Below are positions 43,901 to 55,900 of a DNA stretch of 64,000 bases, one piece after another. The stretch is from Podarcis cretensis (taxonomy: Eukaryota). The translations under genes were made by a program, and so were the position numbers. Under the pieces are notes generated by a model. That model was not told the DNA's origin. It worked only from the letters and a program-made list of their open reading frames with translations, and did not search any database. How positions within the stretch are numbered: the stretch's first letter is position 1; each line of letters opens with the position of its first letter. The stretch lies in NCBI GenBank assembly GCA_951804945.1, contig OX638158.1, forward strand, positions 34,782,001 to 34,846,000, in the 5' to 3' direction.

Positions 43901-46900
43901 GACTGAGCTGTAGTGACACCAAATAATCCTTTTCAGCCAGGAAAAATACACCACTCCTCATTTAAATTCAAGACATTCCTATTCACAACCACTCCCCTCC
44001 AAAATGACAAATGTCTAAAACTCTTATGTTTCTCCTACACTTTTGAATACCTAACTAAGCCCTCAGTAAACAGAAGATCTAAAGCTTAAATTACCTAGAA
44101 AAGAAGAGCCTCATAACAACATTCAATGAATTATGTAATAGTAAAACTATACAATGTTTTATCTACCAGTGCAATCTTAGCTACTTAGGCAGCACCCAGA
44201 CAACATTATTTTACATGAAATATTACCTCACTCCCCACAGGAAGCTGGACATCAAAATGATTTAAAATCCTTATTGTCAACAGTCGTACCTATCAAAGGG
44301 GAAATCAGATTTCATTACATTTTTCATCCTGCAAAGTCAGGTATAATAAAAAGGATGCAACTGAAAGGTATTAATTTATCAATTATTTACATAAAGTATT
44401 TTGCTCCTACTCCTTAGCCAAGAATAAGCTCCCAAAACAACTTACAAATATCTTACAAACATCTTTTAGCCTTAAAATCTAAAACATGTGGCACATAAGT
44501 AAAAGAGATTGGGGGGGGGAGGAAAAAAGTGAACTCGTTTTCTTTGAACGACCATTGGAATGGAAGTTCATAGGGAAGAGGAGCCTAAATCGGCTGGTCT
44601 CTCAGCTGAGGGGATGGAGAAGCCTGCAGTCCTATGACAGACACTCCCTGACCAGCTTCTCCATTAAGAAATTCTACCTCAAGAGTAACTGTTTGGAAAC
44701 ACAATGCATTCAGCAAGAAACTGTTAGAAAATAAATGTTACCTTGGATACACTGCTTGAAATATTGGCTTGCAATCTTAAAAGCAATTCCATCAGACTCT
44801 CTTGGGACAGGTGTTTATAGTACCCACACAATGCCAATCTTGTACAATAGAGATCAGCCAACAGCAAGGCAGATGGGTCTGAAGGAAATGCCCTGGGGAA
44901 AAGAGGCACGTTACTATCAGTCAATATATAATTAAATACAGTGGTACCCCTAGTTGCGTTCACCTCCGGTAACGTATCCTTCAGGATACATATGTGGCAA
45001 ACCTGGAAGTATTTTTACGGGTTTTGTAGTGCACGCATGTGCAGAAGCATTCTATGCGCCGCACACATGCACAGAAGCGCTAAACCGCACTGCGCACATG
45101 CAGTGTTGAGAATTCCTCAGGATGCAGCCGGACCTCCAGAACAGATCCTGTTCGCAACCAGAGGTACCACTGTATAAGCAAAAATGGATGAGAAGTAAAA
45201 TATTAATACTTAACGTGTGTGTTATTTGTCTTTAACCTGAAGCAAACCGTTGATCTGGCAATATGGTTAGAAATACCTCAACCCAATGATTACTACTGGC
45301 CAATGCATGCACTCTAAACTTTGGAAAACACAGCATTAAACAAGTACACACAGCCCAACATATTGCTCCATTTATAAAAAGCAAACTCCATCTCCCCATT
45401 ACATACATCAACAAAGTCTTTATGCGTTCCACTGGTAACAGATCTAGAATTTCCAAGGATTCTGCTAAACTAAGCAGTGTGCTCACAGCTTGGCAGACCA
45501 CAAACAGGCTTCCTGGGAAAACAAAACAGGAATATGTTATATATTAATCCATACTTTGTGACCACACCCTTAGGGAGCGCTTTAATTTTAAAAAGTCTAT
45601 ACAAAATGCAAAAGACTGGTTGCTTTCCCATGTAATGCTAAATAAAGGTTTGGTGCACCATGAACAAGCTGCAATGAGGACTTCTGCAGAGATTGGTTTC
45701 ACTTTCAAAGAATGCTGGTTTTACCCACCATTGCAGAATAATGAGAAATTACTTTCAACAGCTCACCTTTGCAAGGCTGTCCTGTCTCAAGAGCAGTGAA
45801 GAGATACTCAGCGTAACTTTTAACTTCTGGTAGGATTTTCTCTTTGACAAGCGGCCTGTTAGATACAGAGATACAAACTTAACACAGCTGCAGTGAAGTG
45901 TATAAGATAAAACCTAGAAAAAGTTACGCATCCTTAAGTACTAATTAAATAAAATAAAAATGATATGTGTGTTTACTCAGAAGCAAGTCTCAAGTCTCAC
46001 TAACTTCCATGGAATTTACTTCCACATAAGTGGGTTTAGCCCCCACAAACACACCCAGTGTTTTGACTACCCAGGGCTAGACTGATTCAAGCATATGTAA
46101 TCAAAGTAGCCATGACACCATTCACACAATTAGCAACTCCATTATTTGCTGCTTTAATGTACCTTTTAGGCATGGGGTTTGCCATCTTGATGTGGGGTAG
46201 TGGCCTTTAATCCTTTGCCCCCTTTCCACTGCTGTCCCAATCTAGATCATGGCAAATCTCCGCCCCCGCCCCCCTTCCAATCCAAACTGCAAGTGTCAGG
46301 GGCCTACTCTGGCTTGTGACTACAAGAAGGGGCAAAGGGTTAACACTTCCCATACCCACACAGAAGGATCCCAATCCAGGTAAAGCATCATGAAATTTAC
46401 TTTTTCAAAGGCAATTGTGTAATGGCTAATTGTGTGATTGCCATTTGAGCTGTTTCGGCCCTAACAATGGTCCCAATAGCTACTGTAAGGCCAGCAGCTT
46501 CAAGTCATTGCTATGCAAACTTCAATTTCTATTTCAGCTTGAGAAGGAACTTGAACACCTTTATGAATGAGCTTGAAGTCAGGTTTCGTTTATTTTAAAA
46601 TATTTATACCTCGCCTTTGGATATAATTTTTTTTTTTTAAATAAAACCAAAGAGGAAATCACCAAGTCAAACAAAACAGCAGGCCAAGGAACATAAACAG
46701 TTGGGGGGGAAAGAAATAAATTTTAAAAAGAAGACCTAAGAGGTCTTTTCTAAGCAGAGAAGTAGGCTGGCCCTGCTGTTAGGTAGAATGAGGCAACTGC
46801 CTTGAAGTGGCAGGTGCTGAGGGGTGGAGAACAGTGACACCGTGTTGGGAAACAGCACCCCATTTGCCAAGTGCCTTGCACCTCTTGCAGAGCAATACCC

Positions 46901-49900
46901 ACTGCACCTGAGGCAGGCTGTCTTGCTTGCAACATAGAAGGAAGGTATGGCTGCCAGTACAGTCTGGTTTTTTTGTACATGGAGCCCTTTGTCTCAGACA
47001 GCAAAGCCTCTTGGGCCAACCTTGTAGCAAACGAAGGCAGAAGGCCAAAAAAAGGATGGGAGCAAAACTGATCTCATGGACAGAGAATTTCAAAGCTTGG
47101 GTGTGGCAATAACTATAGCTTGCTACACTGGCTAACTGGGATTAATTAACTGACAACCTGGTTCTACAGATTCAGTGGATAGAGGACTATCCTTCACTGT
47201 AAATTCCACCCATCTTCAAGTTATCCTACAATTCGTGAACTAAGATTAATTTTCAGGGCTATTCCAAGTGACTAGGGTCACTCTTCCTCCTCCCCTCAAA
47301 AAAAAAAAAAAACACAAAAAACCCTAGCCACAATACTTCAAAATAACGCAACCCAAATAAAGTGGTTGTCATGGCAACAGAAGCAACCACTACATAAATG
47401 CCCTTGAATACTAATAGGATATGGAAATACAAAACAAGTTTTCATTGTTGCTGTTTTTAACTGTACATCTTTGGATTTGAAAAGAGTTCATTTTGATTAA
47501 TCCTTTACCACAGCTTAAAACTGGGCTGACCAGAAATGCTGGAAATATCGCTTGAGTCAGCAACATATCAAGGGACAGCAATGAAGCAGCGAGTGGAATC
47601 AAGATGTGCCCCAAGATGGTTTGCAGTGTTGCAAAAGATGCAACTCTTGGGTCTTTTCTTTCTTTCTTTCTTTCTTTCTTTCGGCACACTGTATTCCAGC
47701 AAAAGGTTTTAAGATGTGTTACTGCCTCTGTCTTTGTGCTACCAAAATAAAAAATATTTTTAAAAATCCTATCACAAAAAGGTGTTGAATCTTTAGAAGA
47801 TGCAAAAGTGTTCTTTTCCAGGCCATTTGGGCTTTCCATAGAAGCAGGGTTTTATTTCTATATCCTCCAACGTCACAGTAGACACCCCCAGCTCATTTGT
47901 TATGAGAGCCTAACATACAGAAGAATAACTGCACTTGTTTGCTTTGATAGAGACTTACAAATCAGTGACCCTACATGTGGTCTACTTTTATAGAAACATG
48001 TTAGTAAGTAAATGCCTCACATATTCACCTTATGTGAGGAAGTACCACAAGAGCTGCCCAGGGTTTTGAAAGATCAGCCATGCTTCTGTTTTCTGGTATC
48101 TGAATGCAAGACAGAATGTGATCCAAAACAGTCTTCTGTTCTTTCGCTTCAGTTCTTTTACTTCGCAACTGTCTTCTATTCAATCTAAAATTAAATCGAT
48201 TGTATGCCATTACAACAGATACATAAGATTGCCTGCAGGGATAAGTAATACGTGGCCTCCCAGATGTTGCTGGACCACAACTCCTATCATCCCTGACCAC
48301 TGGGCCATCCATGCTGGTTGAGGGAAATGGGAGATGTCCACACGTTCCCTCATCCTTGGTATTTAAAAGTAGCATAGTTTTATGAATCCAAAGTACGTTT
48401 CAATACTTAAGTGACCAGAATAGAACATTGCAACCTGCTCCTTTCCCAGATACAGCTCAAAAGCAACTGCTCAAGTCACATACCCTTTAGCAGATTCCAT
48501 AAAAACCAAGGGATACTTCTCAAAGGCCATCGAACCAACTGTGGGAGGTTCTGCTTTCTCTAGAATGAGTTTAGCCAGAACTGCCAAGGCCTCCTCCTGA
48601 ACCAGAGCATCTTCTCCACAAATGCAGTGCTCAGCATACTCAAGGAGACTGGGAAGAAATTGCTGGAAAGGGAAGGAGACAAGACAAGACAAGGATCACA
48701 CTAACTTCTTTCTCCTTAAGATGCAGTTCTCAAGCTGCTGAAAAAAGGGTAAACACTTCACCTACCTTTTCAAATTGTTCCATTGGAAACATAACTTTAG
48801 AAAAATCCCATAGAGAACGCCTTCCAAATCCACCTCTGAAGATCTATTAAAAAGCACATGAACAGTAAATTGAAGTAAATAAAGACCTGGCTCCAGATTC
48901 ATTGGGATTACTTTGAAGGACAATGGGAAATTCTGATTCCAAAAGATAATCTGCAAAAATCTGTTTGCTCCCAAAGGAAATTGAGACACAAAACTTACAA
49001 ATTGGGGAACCACCTTATCTGTGGTGTCTTTTCCAGTATTTACTGCATTAGCGTACAGAAAAATAGTCACTGATCATGCAAAACTTGCAGACACGCACAT
49101 CTCTTTAAATGCAGTTGTCAATGAGGCTGCTTGCATATATGAACCCATGTGTGACAATATGAAACTACACTCAGACATCTAACTCAGTAATATCTACTCC
49201 AACTAAAGATCTCAGGCGGACCTCTTATGCAGTCCTGCCACCAGAGGGATCTGGGAAACCCTGCCACTTTGCTATGGCTCTCCCCTACGATAGAACTCTC
49301 TTCAAGACAGAGCCTCAGATTTTTATGGCAAATAACTTCCAACTACTACTTTGATCCCAGCAGTTCAGCTGCTCAGCTGGGAGAAGAGAAACTCTGGCAT
49401 TTATGCCCAGCTGGATCTGCCTGTATTGGTTGCCAGAAGAAAGTAGATTTGTTCCTATTTCCAGAAGACTATGGGGAAAGTGAGCCTGTTTGCATATATT
49501 CACTCAAAGAAAAGGGTAATGTGTGAATCAAGTCTTGCAGACCAGTTGCTCAAAAGTGGACTGTTCATAATACAGTATTCAACCGAGTCCAGGCTAATCA
49601 TTTTGTTACCTTTTCAACAATTTCTTTGACCAATGCATCAGGCAATAAGACACTCTCATCAAGAAACAGAACAGAAATAACTTTAAGCAGAGTATCACGA
49701 CAGGGCACTGAGAGGTCCGGTGTTTCTATCAGTTTTGTTAACGTCTGTGAAATGAAAATATGAACAATTAAAAACACACTTAGAAATTCCGGCAAGAAGA
49801 ACTAGAATTCCTGTTTCTATCTGAAGTCATGAGTGCTAGAAGCTTTTTGTTGTTTGCTTAAATGAAATCTCTGATTTATAAGACTAGTCACAAGTGACCT

Positions 49901-52900
49901 GTACAGTATCTATTTTTTTTATGGACCCTGCCTATTTATTGAAGGAGACTCAAAGCTGCTAACGGACGGGGGGGGGAAACAGACTAAAACAGATATTTTG
50001 TTTTTTTAAAAAACAATAAACATTCAAGCAGCACAAAGAAATATAAGAAATGAGCTGGCAAAATTGTAGAATTAACCAAAGGCCTTTTCAAAAAGCTGTC
50101 CAGGTCTTCATTAGTTACCTAAAACAGTATAGTAGTGGGGCCGAAGACCACAGTTCATTTCATTTGGAGTCATGCCTATCCCTAAATCTCTTTGATACCA
50201 CATTCCTTTGCACTAAGAAGAGTTTGGATTCGATATCCCGCTTTATCACTACCCGATGGAGTCTCAAAGCGGCTAACGATCTCCTTTCCCTTCCTCCCCC
50301 ACAACAAACACTCTGTGAGGTGAGTGGGGCTGAGAGACTTCAGCGAAGTGTGACTAGCCTAAGGTCACCCAGCAGCTGCAAGTGGAGGAGCGGAGTCGCG
50401 AACCCGGTTCACCAGATTACGAGACCACTGCTCTTAACCACTACACCACACTGGCTCCCTTCCTTCTTGAATAATATCTCTGACATAGCACAATAATATA
50501 GCAAAATAGTCAGTGTTGTGAAAAAAAAAGTTAATCTAGATCAACAATGAATCCATCAGGTTATTAGTCATAAACCAACAGTTAATCTAGATCAGCAGAA
50601 TTCTTGCCAAGCTGCTGAAGCTGACTAATAAATTTCACTCATAGCTGCACCCTCTCTACCACTAGATCCAAACCCTTGAAATAACCTCAAAGACAAAGCT
50701 AAACAATGCTTCCTGTTTTACTTCCACCTTGCTTCATATCCTCTCTCATGCCAGATGTATATGATCTGTTCTAGCAGAGGAAAGTTTTACTGACCTTACA
50801 AACTTCTTCAGGCTGAACAACTTTGGAGCCTTGTGCATATTCTGCTAAGATCAAATACACTTGCAATACCCTCTCAATCTGTTCAGAAGCTTCACAGCAG
50901 TTGTCCTTCGTTATCTTTTCTTGCAGTTCAAGTATTGATTTCTATGTGGTTGATTTAAAAAAAAAAGGTTTTGCACCCAAAAGTCAGACATTTCCATAGT
51001 TGTTGCTGCTGCTGCTTAACAAAAGGTTCCTCAAAAAAGTGCAATTCAGTGGTTTATAACCTTATTTCTCACCCCTTTACTCAGACCACATGAATGGGAC
51101 TTCATGAAGAATGGACATCTCAGACAAAATACAAGTTTTGCTTGTTATTTACAATTACAAGCAGCTTTTTAAAAGTTTTTTAAAGTTTTATATATTAAGG
51201 ACAGTGTTTTCCCACCCGATTCTACAGGCAACATTGTTAAAATCAATCAGTGTGTGTAAGATCACTCATTTCACGGTTGACAATGGTTCTGGATACCTGC
51301 CAGCTCACCACATGACACTCACCACATGACACTCACCACATGACTTTCCCATCTCCTGCCACATAGCACCATAATTCAAAGGAGGGGAGAGGGTAGAGCC
51401 CCTTTCTATTTTAATTAATTACAACTCACTTGCAAGCATCTGAAAAATACACTGAAATGTTCTTTATAGATGAATCCAGCAGCTGACTTTGCCATATGTT
51501 CGAAAGCTTCACCAACCAAGTTCCAGGAGAGGGTCACTTCTGTTTCTGTAAGTGGCCCCAGCTTTTTCAGAATTAATGTTATAACCTGGAGGGGGGGAGG
51601 GAATTACACGCATCTTTAATGTTTTAAAATAGTTCACATTAAAAATATTTTTCACTCTAACCCTGGTCATAAACTCATTTACTCCTCAATAAACGACTTT
51701 CAGCTTAAAGGAGGCTACTGCTGCTTCATGGCAATCTGATCCTTTATGCAAAATTAGAATTATACAGGGTGAGTCCTTTAAAAGAGGCTCCGTGGATACA
51801 GAGTGCACATGTTCCACAGGGCCTCTTTTAAAAGACTGTACAACTAGTACAGTTTTCTATACAAAATTTTATTTATTTATACATACATACAGTGGTAACT
51901 CGGGTTAAGAACTTAATTCGTTCTGGAGGTCTGTTCTTAACCTGAAACTGTTCTTAACCTGAAGCACCACTTTAGCTAATGGGGCCTCCCGCTTCCACTG
52001 CACAATTTCTGTTCTCATCCTGAAGCAAAGTTCTTAACCCAAAGTACTACTTCTGGGTTAGCGGAGTCTGTAACCTGAAGCGTATGTAACCTGAGGTACC
52101 ATAGTACATACATACATACTGATTTATTTGTATATACCGCCTTTTCCTCCAAGGATCTCAAGGTGGTGGTATACATGGTTTTCTCCACTTTATTTCACAA
52201 CAACCACATGAGGTAGGGTAAGCTGAGAGACAGTGAATTTCCCAAGGTCGCCCAGTGAGCTTCATGGCTGAGTGGGGATTTAAAACCTGTTCTCCCAGGT
52301 CATAGAGTTCAACACTAACCATTACACCACATTCCATATATCACACACACACAAACACAGTTTCTCCTTATGGAAACAGTGCCAAGTATTGACTGATTAA
52401 ATAATTTTAAAAAAAGAAAAAAGAACTAGAGATATAATATCCTGAAAGTCTTCCTGAAATGTGTGAAATAAACTTGCTATTTGTCTATTGAGGGAGGGGG
52501 GAATTTAGGGCAAAACAACCTAGACCAATCATCTATGGAAGCAAGTTAAAAATTCACTCCCGAACCAGGCACTTTATAATTTTCCATTTGCTTCATGCAC
52601 TTGGATTGATTACCGTTTCAGCACAGGAATGGAACATGTTCCTAACGCCTTTGCACGTCTCAAAAATCAGCTGTCCGACACCTTCTACTTTTTCTGGGTG
52701 CATTTCCAAGTCATGGAACATTACATTTAAGAGAGCATTTTGGTCTGAAACCTAGGAAACAAAATTACAGTTGGCACCCCTTTTATTTTAATTCATACAT
52801 ACTACGTAGAAAGGCTAATTAAAACCCCCTACAATGTATATAAACTAAATGGAAAAAGTAGATTTTAAGCACCATAGCATGTATTAGTTACATACTTTAC

Positions 52901-55900
52901 CTGTCCTTCTCAGGAACTTGGGAGTGTCTTCTGATGTTACACTGATCGAGCTTCTTTTAACATTGAGCTGTCCATGTTTTACAGACTGATGGCTATTGTG
53001 CTGTGGAAACCACCAGTTCCCCAGCAGAGTTGCTATCAGTTCAAACAGACAAGCCTTTTACCCATGAGCAGCTAGTAATGCAAGCCAAGAGCAAAAATCT
53101 CCCCAGTGGCAACCATATTGCCAGAACATAATATAAACCAGTGAGGTGCCCAAAGCCATTAACTGACCAGCCTAAAAGGTCCAGCTTAAATAGCATCCTA
53201 ACAATAAAGTAAAGGAGTGCACTGTCTCAAAGAGAAAACACGAAGGTGATAGGTGCAAGAGGATCTGTTTACAAACTGGTCATCAGATTTCCCAATACAT
53301 TTCAAACATTTGTGTTCTTCAGGGGAAGTGGTTCAGCATTTGACCAGTAAACTAATGTCAGAAAAGTTACACCAAGTTTTGCTTTTTCTTATTATTCTGC
53401 TATGTTGTATAGTTGGACATTGCACCAGTTACTAAGAACACTACAGTTACAGTCACTGTTCTACAACAAGCAGAAAAATCTAACCTACCTAGTGCCTTCT
53501 ACCTAGTGCCATGTTTAATACATGGCATCTCCATTTAAAAAAGGGTGTGTGTCAGGGAACGTGAGACAGGAAAAACCTCAGAGAGCTGCTACGAGTTAAA
53601 GGTAACAATGCTGGCTAGATGGTCTCACTCCCTGGCTTTATTCGCATGTCACAATAAACTATAGCTAATGGCTTACCCCGACTGCACCTTACTGGTCTGT
53701 TTGTTTACTCTCTTGGTCTAACTAGCATGGAGGATACAAATGGCTTAGTATTCTGTCAAACCAGGAATTGTGGTTTGTTTCATTCCTAAAAAAACACACC
53801 CCACAATCAGTAGCAAATGTTTGTTATTGACTCACTGGTTTTGCAAACCACAATCCATGGTTTGGATGCAGTGCTGAGTCAGGGATCATGGTTTGTTGTT
53901 TCCATTAAGGGAGAACACAGCCCAGAAAGGCACACCCATGACAAATCATTGCCTATTGTTTACCGTGACATACAAAGTGGGCCACTATAAAGCAGTTTCA
54001 TAGGTACACTGAACTAAATGGATGACAGTCATTTCCTTCAAACTAGAGATGCCTAGTAACACTTTGTATTATGTTAAATATTAAAGCTGCAGTGGTAAAC
54101 TTGATTTGAACAGAAGGCACTTCTCTTTTTACACTCTCCTGCCCCCGCCCCAACATCACTTACCTTCCTCATCAGAAAGGTGAAGCTTTCTGCTGCAAAA
54201 TTTCTGATGTGCTCTTTATGGTGAGCCAACAAGGTGCTGTACAATCTGCAAGTACAACATTCAAACATTCAAATATAAAAATAAAAGCCATGCAGGATCA
54301 ATTCATTTCTCCAACAACGCTTCCTGGAATCCATCGTCAGACACAAAGCAAATTTATTAACATATACAGTGGTACCTCGGGTTAAGTACTTAATTTGTTC
54401 CGGAGGTCCGTACTTACCCTGAAACTGTTCTTAACCTGAAGCACCACTTTAGCTAATGGGACCTCCTGCTGCTGCCGCACCACTGGAGCACGATTTCTGT
54501 TCTCATCCTGAAGCAAAGTTCTTAACCTGAAGCACTATTTCTGGGTTAGCAGAGTCTGTAACCTGAAGCGTATGTTACCCGAGGTACCACTGTATTTTAT
54601 ACTGATTTAATCATGGCCATAGCTCAGTGGTAGAACATGTATACAGAGCCTTGCAGATAAACCAATAGTAAACATGATAGGCATTCTTGATTCCCTTACT
54701 ACACTGCCCAATGAACATAGCATTTTCTTCTTAGTAAATTTAGAAGAGGGAAAGAAATAGGCTGCCGTTGTGTGCACACAGAATCAGGGCCACTAACTAC
54801 CACACTATAAGAATCTATAAGAATCTATAAGAATCAGAGCTAAAAGGGATCAAAAGCTTTTCTAGTCTAACTCAAATAAAGAAGAGTTTATTTGCTTATT
54901 TTGCAAATGATGCAGAATAAGACTCGTGTACTGGCCATGTTGTTGTTGTTGTTGTTGATGATGATGTTGTTGTTGTTATAGAAAAGCTTACCCATAAATA
55001 TTGGACATGTCCTTCACCATCAGCCTCCATAAGTATTTGTAAAGGTAAGAGAGACAGGTGAAAGTCCATTCCAGCAGCTCCGTGTCCTGGGTATCCAACA
55101 ATTTTGTAATGGACAGAAAAAAGTCTTGGAAATGAGGATAGAAATCTGTCTGGAGATCGCGAGCCAGCTGCACCACTAAGCTGTATTGAGATACATAAAG
55201 ACAGGCAAATGTGAGTGGTGCCACATTATAATTTGAACATACACATCCCATGATGATTTCAAATAATTCTGAGGGAAATCTCACTGTCCCGTGGTCTGCT
55301 CACAAGTGAATGCATTTGTATATTGTATGGCCCAGTGTATTCCTGAAGTTAATCACAGCTAACATAACCTCATTACAGTCCTGTGTGATGAGCATAGTTA
55401 ATATCATTCCCACTCTGGGAAAGAGAGCCTAGGACTCAGTGGCAGAGCTTCATGCTCTGGCACCAGGGGGCGGAGAGGAGACAGGAGTGGGGCTGGCATG
55501 CATCCTGGGGGCATGGCACCCAGCGTGCGTGGCGGGGGCAGCTGCGACGACACTCCACCGGGATCGCGCTGCCGGGGGCGGTGCGCTCCCGCTGCACTCC
55601 TCTTCCTCCGCCAGTGCTAGGACTGAGAAACAGTTAACTGCCCAAAGATACCCAATGGACTAAAAAGAACAAAGGGCCTTCCCCGCCTGTGAACAGAAAC
55701 TCAGAAGGTATATTTTAGATACTGCAGTAGGTACTTACTCCAAAAGAGGTTGGAAGGCAAGACTGTCTTTTACTTGCAGGTGGGTTTTCAAGCTCTGCAC
55801 AATGTCATTCTGATAGTACACCAGCTGGTTGAAAGACTGGCATTTGTTGACTACCTGCCTGTAGAATGTCACTGTGTAAAAAACAAAACAAAACCTTGAT

